The notes under the pieces: model-generated
Seen by the model: the letters and a program-made list of their open reading frames with translations, nothing else
What the model was told of the DNA's origin: nothing
Database searches by the model: none
Origin: Phycisphaerae bacterium
Lineage (GTDB): Bacteria; Planctomycetota; Phycisphaerae; UBA1845
Direction of reading: 5' to 3'
DNA: 64,000 nucleotides
Assembly: GCA_035356615.1 (NCBI GenBank)
Contig: DAOQSN010000013.1
Span: forward strand, 28,882-92,881
Position numbers and translations under genes: made by a program
Part shown: positions 1 to 8,754 of the stretch, piece after piece
Position numbering within the stretch: the first letter of the stretch is position 1
How the letters are laid out: the number at the start of each line of letters is the position of its first letter

Positions 1-95
1 GGCACTGTAAGCAAACGCTTACAATATAACCCATGCTCCCCGCCCTGTCCAGTCGGGTCCGCCGTCCTGACAAGAATTGACACCCATCCCCCAAG

Positions 96-204
96 GGCAT
101 GGCGGCGCTGTGCTTGGCCAGGCCACACTACCCCGGCATGGCGGCGCTGCGTTTGGCCAGGCCACCCTGTCCCGACGTGGCGGCGCTGCGTTTGGCCATG
201 CCAC
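96..204. repeat. Tandem repeat, 3 copies of a 39-nt unit carrying the hairpin GGCATGGC-N13-GCCA(G/T)GCC (family R1)
   Basis: Copies were read directly at 96..126, 135..165 and 174..204. The array lies just downstream of the minus-strand helicase gene. Confidence 0.85.
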
Positions 205-248
205 GCCCCCGGCCTCTCGCATTCGCTATTCGGTATCCGTGCTTCGGC

Positions 249-1550
249 TCATAGCCGACGGCGGCGGGAGGGTCGGAACCGGCTGCCGAGGGTCTTGGGG
301 GGCAGCTTACGTTCCGTCGAGCCGCCCGCTTCGCTGAAAACCGGCGCTTGCAGGCGCGAGACTCGCTGGGGCGGTAGGGCTGGTGGCGGGCCTGCGTCGC
401 GCGGCGGGCCCGACGCGGTGAAACCCTCGATCTGCCGCGGGAGGATTTGCTTGTTGATCAGGCTCTCGATGGCCGTGAGCTGCTTGCCCTCCTCGCGCGT
501 GGTGAGCGTGACAGCTATCCCCTTGGCCCCCATGCGGGCGGTGCGCCCGATGCGGTGCACATAGCCTTCGGAGTCGGCGGGAATGTCATAGTTGATGATG
601 TGCGTGATGGCGCTGATGTCGATGCCGCGGGAGGCTAAGTCGGTGGCCACCAGCACGCGGATGCGGTGTTTGCGGAACCAGTCCATGACCTGGTCGCGCT
701 TGCGCTGGACCAGGTCGCCGTGAATCTCCCGGGCGCTGACGCCGGCGTCGTGCAGTTTCTTGGCGAGCTTGCGCGCCGCGTGACGCGTATTGCAGAAGAT
801 GATGCAGGTTGGGTAGTCCTCCTGCTTCAGGAAGAGCGAGAGCAGGCGAAACTTGTCCCACGGATCGACGGTGATGTAGTACTGCTCGACGCTGTCGACG
901 GTGAGTTCATCGCGCGAGACGTTCACCTCCATCGGGTCCGTGGCATAGCGGTTCGCCAGGTGCTTGATGTCATCCTCGATGGTGGCCGAGGTGAAGATCG
1001 TCTGGTGCCGCTGGGTGACGCGCTGGAGGATCCACTGGATGTCGTCTCGAAAGCCGATGTCCAGCATGCGGTCCACTTCGTCGAGGATGACGTGGCGGAC
1101 GCTGCTTACGTCGAGCGCGCGGCGGCTCATGAAGTCCATAACGCGCCCCGGCGTGCCCACCACGAAGTGCGGCTTGCGGCCTAGGTGGTGCAACTGGGTG
1201 GCCACCCGCTGCCCGCCGTAGATGGCCGCCACGTGCAGGCGCGTAAACTCCGCGAAGCGGGTCACCTCCCCCGCCACCTGGATGGCCAGCTCCCGGGTGG
1301 GCACCAGGCACAGGGCCTGCACCCCGCCGGCCGGGTCAAGCTGCTGCAGCACGGGCAGGGCGAACGCGGCCGTCTTGCCCGTCCCCGTCCGGGCCTGGCC
1401 CATGACGTCCCGCCCCGTCAGCGCCGGGGGGATCATGCCCTTCTGGATGTCGGTCGGCTCCTGGAACTGCATCTTGGCCAGCGCTTGCAGGAAGCGGGTC
1501 TCGACCCCGAGATCGGCGAAAGCGGCTGGAAGTTCAGGTGTCTTCTTCAT
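249..1550 (-). CDS. DEAD-box ATP-dependent RNA helicase
   Basis: ORF 249..1613 was trimmed to the ATG at 1550 (MKKTPELPAAF). It carries a Q motif FQEPTDIQ, Walker A GQARTGTGKTAAF, a DEVD variant of DEAD in ILDEVDRML, SAT and HRIGRTAR. Confidence 0.9.
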   Translation of the reverse strand: MKKTPELPAAFADLGVETRFLQALAKMQFQEPTDIQKGMIPPALTGRDVMGQARTGTGKTAAFALPVLQQLDPAGGVQALCLVPTRELAIQVAGEVTRFAEFTRLHVAAIYGGQRVATQLHHLGRKPHFVVGTPGRVMDFMSRRALDVSSVRHVILDEVDRMLDIGFRDDIQWILQRVTQRHQTIFTSATIEDDIKHLANRYATDPMEVNVSRDELTVDSVEQYYITVDPWDKFRLLSLFLKQEDYPTCIIFCNTRHAARKLAKKLHDAGVSAREIHGDLVQRKRDQVMDWFRKHRIRVLVATDLASRGIDISAITHIINYDIPADSEGYVHRIGRTARMGAKGIAVTLTTREEGKQLTAIESLINKQILPRQIEGFTASGPPRDAGPPPALPPQRVSRLQAPVFSEAGGSTERKLPPKTLGSRFRPSRRRRL

Positions 1551-1625
1551 TATTCTCTTTGCAACAGCATGCCGCGGCACGCGGAGCCGCACTATACGGG
1601 GTCCCGGGCCCACTGTAAATGGCGG

Positions 1626-1722
1626 GTGGCATGGTCAAGCCCAGCGCCGCCATGCCGTCAGGGGGTGGCGGGCGTGAACGGTGGGCCGCGGGTGGCATGG
1701 CCAAGCGCAGCGCCGCCATGCC
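1626..1722. repeat. Two copies of the R1 hairpin repeat in opposite orientation to 96..204
   Basis: gtggcatggtcaagcccagcgccgccatgcc lies at 1626..1656 and gtggcatggccaagcgcagcgccgccatgcc at 1692..1722. These are reverse complements of the unit at 135..165. Confidence 0.85.
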
Positions 1723-1837
1723 GTCAGCCGGGCGAGCAAGCCGCGGATGCGATGGTCCGCCGCCCGGCCGGCGGGCACCTGCGGCTTGGGCTGCTGCCGG
1801 GTTGCCCCGCGCGGGCGTCGCGGACGAGCGGCCCGCC

Positions 1838-2293
1838 TCACACGTCAGGCCGGCGGCGTTTGCGGTAGTAGCGGGCGGGCACGTCGTTGCGGTACCCCAG
1901 GCGTTCGAAGAGGGCGGCCGAGGCGTCGTTCTCCGGCTCGATGAGGGCGGCGAAAATCTCGATGCCGGCAGCCAGCAGGGCGGCCTCACAGGCGCGCACA
2001 AGCTGCTGGGCGATCCCCTGTCGGCGATACGCTGGCAGCACGGCCAACCGGTTGATCCATCCCTTGCGCTGGTCGTGAGAGCCGAGGACGACCCCCACGA
2101 CCCGCCGGCCGTGCTGGGCCACCAGGTAGAGGCCGTGGAAGTGCTCAAGCTGCCGGCCGAACGCCTCCTGGGACTCCCGCCCCTCCTGGCAGAAGGAGAG
2201 CCCGACCGCCTGCCAGACCGCGACAATCGCATCATAGTCTTCGGTCCGGGCCGGACGGATGCGTACTTCGTCACTCGTCTGGGCGTTGCTCAT
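1838..2293 (-). CDS. GNAT family N-acetyltransferase
   Basis: The ORF is 151 aa. It has the acetyl-CoA-site type motif RRQGIAQQLVRACEAAL and a C-terminal FERLGY, which is typical GNAT length and layout. Confidence 0.8.
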   Translation of the reverse strand: MSNAQTSDEVRIRPARTEDYDAIVAVWQAVGLSFCQEGRESQEAFGRQLEHFHGLYLVAQHGRRVVGVVLGSHDQRKGWINRLAVLPAYRRQGIAQQLVRACEAALLAAGIEIFAALIEPENDASAALFERLGYRNDVPARYYRKRRRPDV

Positions 2294-2318
2294 CCGTTGC
2301 TCCCGCCGCAGGTGCGCC

Positions 2319-3167
2319 CTACCCCTGGAGGAAACGCATGCCCATCATTTGCGAGAAGTTGAAGAGGGCGTGGGCCACGATGGCCGGTACCACCGACCGC
2401 CGCCAGATCGTCACCACGCTGAGTACCACCGACAGAGGCGCGATGAACAGCAGCGCTGCCGGGACCTGGTCCCCCAGATGGGCGGCCGCAAACAGCGCGG
2501 TCGAGACGACCACCGCGACCCACCAGCTTCCCGTCAGGCGGCGCAGTCGCGTCATCAGCATGCTTCGGAAGATCAGTTCCTCGCAAGTGCCGACCATGAT
2601 CATGAGGAGCAGCAGATGCGTCCACGGCATGTCCGGCGGCAGCAGGTCGCCGAGGCGTTCGGCATTGCTGCCCATCTGCTCCGCCAGCCCGGGCACGACC
2701 CACAGCAGTAAGAGCAGAGGCGGGTAGATCAGCAGGTAGGCGGCCACCAGCGCGGCCACACCCGCCAGCACGTTGAAGCCGAGGCCCCGGCTCTCCAACC
2801 CCAGCGACGCGGCCGGGTTCGGCCGCCTGCGCACCAGCAGCGCGAGCACCCCGACCGTGGCGACGAGCCGATACGCCGTGATCGGCAGCATCCACTTACC
2901 CAACCCCACCAAGTCCTCGTCGGACGATACCGCCAGCCCCACCATGAGCTCCATGGGAACGATGAGCCCCAGGAACAACAGCGCGAACAGGACAATCTCC
3001 CCCAGCGCCGCCCACCGTGGATACCCCACCAGCAGGATGGGATGGGCCACGCTGGGCGGCGTGCCGCCCACTGCCACCGGCGCCGCCACCGGACGCGCCC
3101 AGCCGACGGCCGGAAGCGTCTGCGCGGCCGAGGCGTGCACCTCATGCTGGTCCTGTTCGTCCGGCAC
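2319..3167 (-). CDS. CPBP (CAAX-type) intramembrane metalloprotease family protein
   Basis: The protein is polytopic and hydrophobic, with the three family motifs EELIFRSMLM, FAAAHL and HALFNF. Confidence 0.8.
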   Translation of the reverse strand: MPDEQDQHEVHASAAQTLPAVGWARPVAAPVAVGGTPPSVAHPILLVGYPRWAALGEIVLFALLFLGLIVPMELMVGLAVSSDEDLVGLGKWMLPITAYRLVATVGVLALLVRRRPNPAASLGLESRGLGFNVLAGVAALVAAYLLIYPPLLLLLWVVPGLAEQMGSNAERLGDLLPPDMPWTHLLLLMIMVGTCEELIFRSMLMTRLRRLTGSWWVAVVVSTALFAAAHLGDQVPAALLFIAPLSVVLSVVTIWRRSVVPAIVAHALFNFSQMMGMRFLQG

Positions 3168-3411
3168 CGGATTGGCTACCCCGTGGATGACTGGGGCTCC
3201 GCGTCAATGGCCCCGCATTGTAGGGTCGGTCGCCGCGGTTTCCACTGGGGTGCGAACGTGGGCCCGCGCCCGGCGGACGCGAGTGCTGTCCGTGCGCAGA
3301 TGCCCAGCCATCGCGCTCGCACCCGTTGGCCAGGCGGTCCACGGTGACCACACGGACGAGGTCGAGCAGGTGACGCAGCCCCCTTCCCCGCGGACGTGTG
3401 GCGCGGCCTGC

Positions 3412-4983
3412 TCAACGAGACGCGGGCGCGCCCGTTCCCCCGGCGGCGCCTCCACCGGCACGAGACGCACTATCCGCCTCCATCAATTGGCGGAGAACCG
3501 CACCGAGGTTGTAGCCCGCGGTGCTGGTCTCGATGACTCCGGCTTCGGTCCCGACGGCCCGCCATGACACACACAGTTGGTCGGCCACGTAGTCATAGGT
3601 CACGTCGGCCCGTTGGGCGGCCGGGTTGTACACCACGTCGACCTGCGACAGCAGAAACCCCTCGTGGAGCAGCTCCTCAAGCACGGCCGGCAGCGTCTGC
3701 GCGTCACGGGCGACCACGACGAAACGCACGTGCCGCCTTTCATACTTGTAAATGTCATAGGTCTTGATGTTCTTGACGATGTGTCCCAGCAGGTCCGTGG
3801 ACCCCTCACCGTAGACACGGTCGAACGGGCTGATGTGGGCCAGGTACGCGAAGCGTCGTGGATACGCGGCGATGAGGGCCGTGCACGTCGAGACGCCTCG
3901 GGTTTGCAGGGCCTCACCCGCCTGAGCCTTCACGAACTCGTCCATATCGACCTTCAGCAGGCGGGGTGCCGGGGCGGCGCATGGCCCCCCCGGTGGCGCG
4001 GGCTGCGCCGCCCGGGCCAGCAGGGGCGGGAGGTATTCCGCCTGATGCTCCCGGAAGTGATCCGTGAGCACCTCTGCCTCGTCAATCTTGGCAATAATGA
4101 GCCATTCACTGCTTAGAAAGCGAAACACGTCGAAGGAGCTGAGCGCCCGGCAGCCGCGGTAGTCGGTGATGATCCGGTTGCCCGCGCGTTCGGCGAACTT
4201 CGTGCGGATATTGTCCGGGTTCAGGTGCATCGAGAGGATGGTGGACTGGCCGATGAAGCGCGACTGGGTGAGCATGTACTGCTCTTTGTTGACCAGGAAC
4301 ACCTCCCCGGTCGCCCCCAGTTCGTCCGACCCGGCGAAGATGGAGTTGATCTTGTTAATCGCACATTGCAGGATCAGCCAGCCGAGGTGTTCCCCGTCCG
4401 CGAGCACGGGCTGCACGAAGAACGCCGCCGGCTCGTCCGAGGGGAAGAAGTACTGGAAATCGACAAACGCGCCCTGGGGCTGCTCACGCAAGAGCCGCGC
4501 CAGGTGGGTCTGGGCAAGCTCCCCGCTCAACAGGTTCCGTTGGTACTCCGCCTCCTTCCGAATCGTGTAGAACACGTCTCCCGCGCGTCCCACGAAGAGG
4601 ATGTCGTAGAACTGCCGGTAGTTTTCCAGGTAGTAGCTGTCAATTGTTGCCTTGTACTCGTCGATCGCCCGCACCGCGTCCGCCGGCGGAGGAGCCTCCT
4701 GCTGCAACCGGTAATACTCCTGCTTCAGGCGGAAGAAATCGCGCAGGACGGGATCAGCGCCGGCCCGCGTCGCCAGGGCGTGCATGCCGTTGCAGAAGTC
4801 GAGCAGCCGCTGCTTCCTGTCGTCCCGGACGTGCGTCAGCCGGGCATAGGCCGCGTCGTATACTTCCTGCAGGGACGCCGCGACACCCGCGTCCCCGCCG
4901 CTTGCGCCAACGCACCCCATCGCCGCCGCGATCAGCGCATAAAGAGCAGGACGGTGCCGGTACTGGCGACGTAGTTCGGCCAC
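3412..4983 (-). CDS. Signal-anchored Cache-domain sensor protein with a C-terminal CheD-like domain
   Basis: The N-terminus is basic and followed by LIAAAMGC (signal anchor or lipobox-like). The Cache-type core reads GATGEVFLVNKEQYMLTQSRF...DYRGCRALSSF...EWLIIAKIDEAEV. The C-terminal ~170 aa contain GVSTCTALI and YLAHISPFD, which resemble the CheD Cys/His motifs. Confidence 0.6.
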   Translation of the reverse strand: MAELRRQYRHRPALYALIAAAMGCVGASGGDAGVAASLQEVYDAAYARLTHVRDDRKQRLLDFCNGMHALATRAGADPVLRDFFRLKQEYYRLQQEAPPPADAVRAIDEYKATIDSYYLENYRQFYDILFVGRAGDVFYTIRKEAEYQRNLLSGELAQTHLARLLREQPQGAFVDFQYFFPSDEPAAFFVQPVLADGEHLGWLILQCAINKINSIFAGSDELGATGEVFLVNKEQYMLTQSRFIGQSTILSMHLNPDNIRTKFAERAGNRIITDYRGCRALSSFDVFRFLSSEWLIIAKIDEAEVLTDHFREHQAEYLPPLLARAAQPAPPGGPCAAPAPRLLKVDMDEFVKAQAGEALQTRGVSTCTALIAAYPRRFAYLAHISPFDRVYGEGSTDLLGHIVKNIKTYDIYKYERRHVRFVVVARDAQTLPAVLEELLHEGFLLSQVDVVYNPAAQRADVTYDYVADQLCVSWRAVGTEAGVIETSTAGYNLGAVLRQLMEADSASRAGGGAAGGTGAPASR

Positions 4984-5085
4984 GGTCGTCTTGTCCCCGC
5001 TGCGCCGCCCCCTCCCGCCCGGTCTTCACGAAGGCTCCCTGCCTTCCATCGGCAAACGGGTTCGTCCAGCCCAGCGTTTCGCCCG

Positions 5086-5970
<885 letters not shown>

Positions 5971-6208
5971 GACCTTCCTCGCACCTTGCCGCTGCGATCC
6001 GGCGTTCAGCGCCGGTGACGCCGGCTGGATCTCCTGCCTCCCCGCAACCTCGGGCACGGGGCAGAGTGGTCCCCCCGCGCCGGCACGCCCGCGCCCACCC
6101 GTAGCGGATAGGGGCAGAGCGTCGCCCGGACGAACCGCCGCTCGCAGTATGGCATGATGGGAACCGGATGTCCACGTCCAGCGACAAGGCCGGGCTTGCG
6201 GTGCCCGA

Positions 6209-6244
6209 CCCCTCTCCCCTCGGGAGAGGGGCAGGGGTGAGGGC
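6209..6244. repeat. Hairpin repeat family R2 (CCCCTCTCCCC-N-GGGAGAGGGG + CAGGGGTGAGGGC)
   Basis: The sequence was read directly. It is one of six related copies in the window (see the other R2 entries). Confidence 0.8.
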
Positions 6245-6378
6245 GGCGGACGCAACGACGCCCCCGGGTACGCAAACGCGCTTACCCGTCACCCGGAAGA
6301 ACTGAACACGCACCGCGGTACGCCGCTGTTCGGTCTCAAGCGCTGCGCCGGGCGCGCAGGGGGCCGACGCCCCGTGAA

Positions 6379-8289
6379 TCAAGCTGCGGGGGCGCCCGGT
6401 GCGTCCAGGGCCGCCTGCCCGGCGGCCAGCTCGGCAGCGTCGGCGGCCGCCTCCGCCCGCTCCTTCGCCCGACGGGCATCCTCCCGATACGCCCGGCACT
6501 CCTGGCGCGCGGCATCGGCGTCAGCACCGGCCGTGATCGCCTCCTGCTGCACACGCTCGACTTCCTGCTTCACACGCTCAACCTCCTGCTTCACGCGTTC
6601 AGCCTCCTGCAGCAGGATCGTGATGTGGGTGAACGTCTGCTCCGCCTGCGTCCGCAAGTCCGCCAGCGTTGCCAAGGCCTGCTGGCTGCGCGACCACTGA
6701 CCCGCCCATTCCCCGGTGCACGCCCGGGCGAGTTGCTCGATGAGGGTTTGAATGCGCGCCACCGCCTCCTCGGCCGAGCCCGCTTCCATGCCCGGCGCCC
6801 GGGCATCCCCGGCCGGCATGCCGGCAGCCTCGCCCATCGCCGCTCCGAGCATGTCGAGCGCCGGCGTGGTCTCGGGCCTCCGTCCGCCGGGAGCCGCCCC
6901 ATCCTCCGGCGCGTGTGACTCGCTCAGCGCAGAGGCGCCACCTTCGACGAGCCTCACGGTCTCGTCTCCGACAGCCGCCACGGGCAGACCATCGGCGGAG
7001 GAAGTCGGCCCGCCCGGTTCCCCGAGCCCTTGGCTGGATGCTTCCGCCACCGCGTTCGCCAATGCCGCCCCCGCGCTCGACAGGGCACGCAGCACGTCAG
7101 CCGACACCACTTCGCCGGGTGTCGCCTCCGCACCCCTGTCCGCGACGGCCTCCTCTACCATACCCGCGACCCCATCGACTGCCTCAGCCGCAGCCGGCTC
7201 CGCCGCCGCGGTCAACTCACTCGCCGCAGCCAACTCATCCTCGGTAACCGTCTCCATGCCTGCTGGGGCTTCGGCTGACGACATGGCCTCGAGGCCGGCA
7301 GCCGGCTCCATCTCCGCAAGGCACTCGTTGGCCGTTGATGATTCCGCAACCGCTGCTTCCCCAATAGCGTCAAACTCCGGGACCGACGCGGGCGGTCCTG
7401 CCGCCGCGGACGCCGCAGGTTCCACCGCGACCGGCGTGGCGGCTTCAACATCCGGTGCCGCAACGACCTCCACACTCGTTGCTACACTCGTCTCGACCGC
7501 TGGGCTCGCCCCCACGCCGGATTGGTCGGTCGGCGTGACCGCAGGCGTCACCTCCGCAACCTGCTGGGCAGGCGCAGCCGGCGGCCGCGGCGGTTCTACA
7601 CGCGTACCGGGTTCGGCCTTTTGCGGTGACGCGACGGCCGCCGCCGGCACCTTCGCTACCGGAGGTACCTGCCCCGGCTGCACGGGAGGCGGTGCGGGAG
7701 CTGCGGGGGCCGACGCGGTCACCGGCGTGCCTTGCCCGGCTGCCGATTTCGCCGACACAGCGCGGCTTGCGCCCGACGCCGGTGCGGCCACGCCGCTGGC
7801 GATGGCCTCCTGGACGATGTTCTCAGCCTCTTGCTGAATACGCGACATGACAATGTCCTTTCGCAGCTCGGGAGCAGATTCGTCGATGGCGGCCATGGCC
7901 GTGCGCACCGCCGGGTGCCCAGCGTCCTCCAGAATTCGCGCCAGCTCGTCCCGGTCCTCAGTGGTGTAAGCAGCGGCCTTTGCGGCCTGAGGTAGCGCCG
8001 GCCCCCCGCGGCCGATGTGGAGGCTGCCGGACGCACCGGCTCTTGAGGCGTCCACATCGGGCCCCGAGTCTGTCACCAAGGTCTCACACGCCACCCCCGC
8101 CACCGCCTGGGCAATGCGGTCCAGCAGTTCGAGCTCCGTCCGCAGGCGTAGCGCGCCCTCGTAATCCCCGACGGTTACTTCTTCCAGGCGGCCCGCCCGC
8201 GGCACCACGCATGTCCGCGGGAATCCCGCGCCGCTGGCATCCGGTGGTGATGCCACGCGCCTCACCTCGACCTGTTGGTCCTCGAGCAT
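6379..8289 (-). CDS. Ala/Pro-rich low-complexity protein with a C-terminal coiled coil (hypothetical)
   Basis: The ORF is 636 aa with a long A/P/V/E-rich centre. The C-terminal heptad-like tract QEAERVKQEVERVKQEVERVQQEA is encoded by a 3 x 21-nt tandem repeat at 6550..6612. I recognise no catalytic motif. Confidence 0.5.
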   Translation of the reverse strand: MLEDQQVEVRRVASPPDASGAGFPRTCVVPRAGRLEEVTVGDYEGALRLRTELELLDRIAQAVAGVACETLVTDSGPDVDASRAGASGSLHIGRGGPALPQAAKAAAYTTEDRDELARILEDAGHPAVRTAMAAIDESAPELRKDIVMSRIQQEAENIVQEAIASGVAAPASGASRAVSAKSAAGQGTPVTASAPAAPAPPPVQPGQVPPVAKVPAAAVASPQKAEPGTRVEPPRPPAAPAQQVAEVTPAVTPTDQSGVGASPAVETSVATSVEVVAAPDVEAATPVAVEPAASAAAGPPASVPEFDAIGEAAVAESSTANECLAEMEPAAGLEAMSSAEAPAGMETVTEDELAAASELTAAAEPAAAEAVDGVAGMVEEAVADRGAEATPGEVVSADVLRALSSAGAALANAVAEASSQGLGEPGGPTSSADGLPVAAVGDETVRLVEGGASALSESHAPEDGAAPGGRRPETTPALDMLGAAMGEAAGMPAGDARAPGMEAGSAEEAVARIQTLIEQLARACTGEWAGQWSRSQQALATLADLRTQAEQTFTHITILLQEAERVKQEVERVKQEVERVQQEAITAGADADAARQECRAYREDARRAKERAEAAADAAELAAGQAALDAPGAPAA

Positions 8290-8754
8290 TCGCGCTCTTC
8301 GCTCAGCGCGCCGCCGGCTTGCCCACCGTGACGCCCAGCGTCAACGGCTGCCCGCGCGGAATCCCCCAGGCCTGTGCACCGCACGGCCGCGTCGGTTTTA
8401 TCGGCTCCACGCGAGGCCCACGTCAGCTACGCGAAGGGCATGTTCACGGCCCGGTTCCCCCCGACGCCCCGTCCGCACGACGCATGGTCCGATATTCCCC
8501 CACGCGGCAGCAGGGCTCGCCGTCAGCATCCGGCGTCGGCGGTTGCTGCTCCGTCGTCACGCCCAGCGGAGCGGCTCGGGGTCTGCCCTGGGACTCGCGG
8601 GCCGCTCTGCCTTTGCGGCTTTCGAGAAGGCGGCCTCGCACGCCACGGTGGGGCTAGATAGGGACCTCTGTATCGAGCCGACGTGGCCTGGCTATAATCG
8701 TGCCCCGATCAGGGCAGGCTCGCAGCCGGACCTCGACTTGGCACGGATGCATGC

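Noticed and set aside
96-204. Possible CRISPR array (regularly spaced 31-nt palindromic repeats).
   Set aside because: There are only 3 units at a 39-nt period, which leaves 8-nt spacers. The same unit occurs singly and inverted elsewhere in the window, and no cas genes are present. It is an intergenic hairpin repeat.
19-337. ORFs 19..222(-), 77..337(+), 1619..2362(+) and similar ORFs that translate the R1/R2 repeats ([17 protein letters not shown] peptides).
   Set aside because: They are made of intergenic repeat units read in frame and overlap real genes, so they are not coding.
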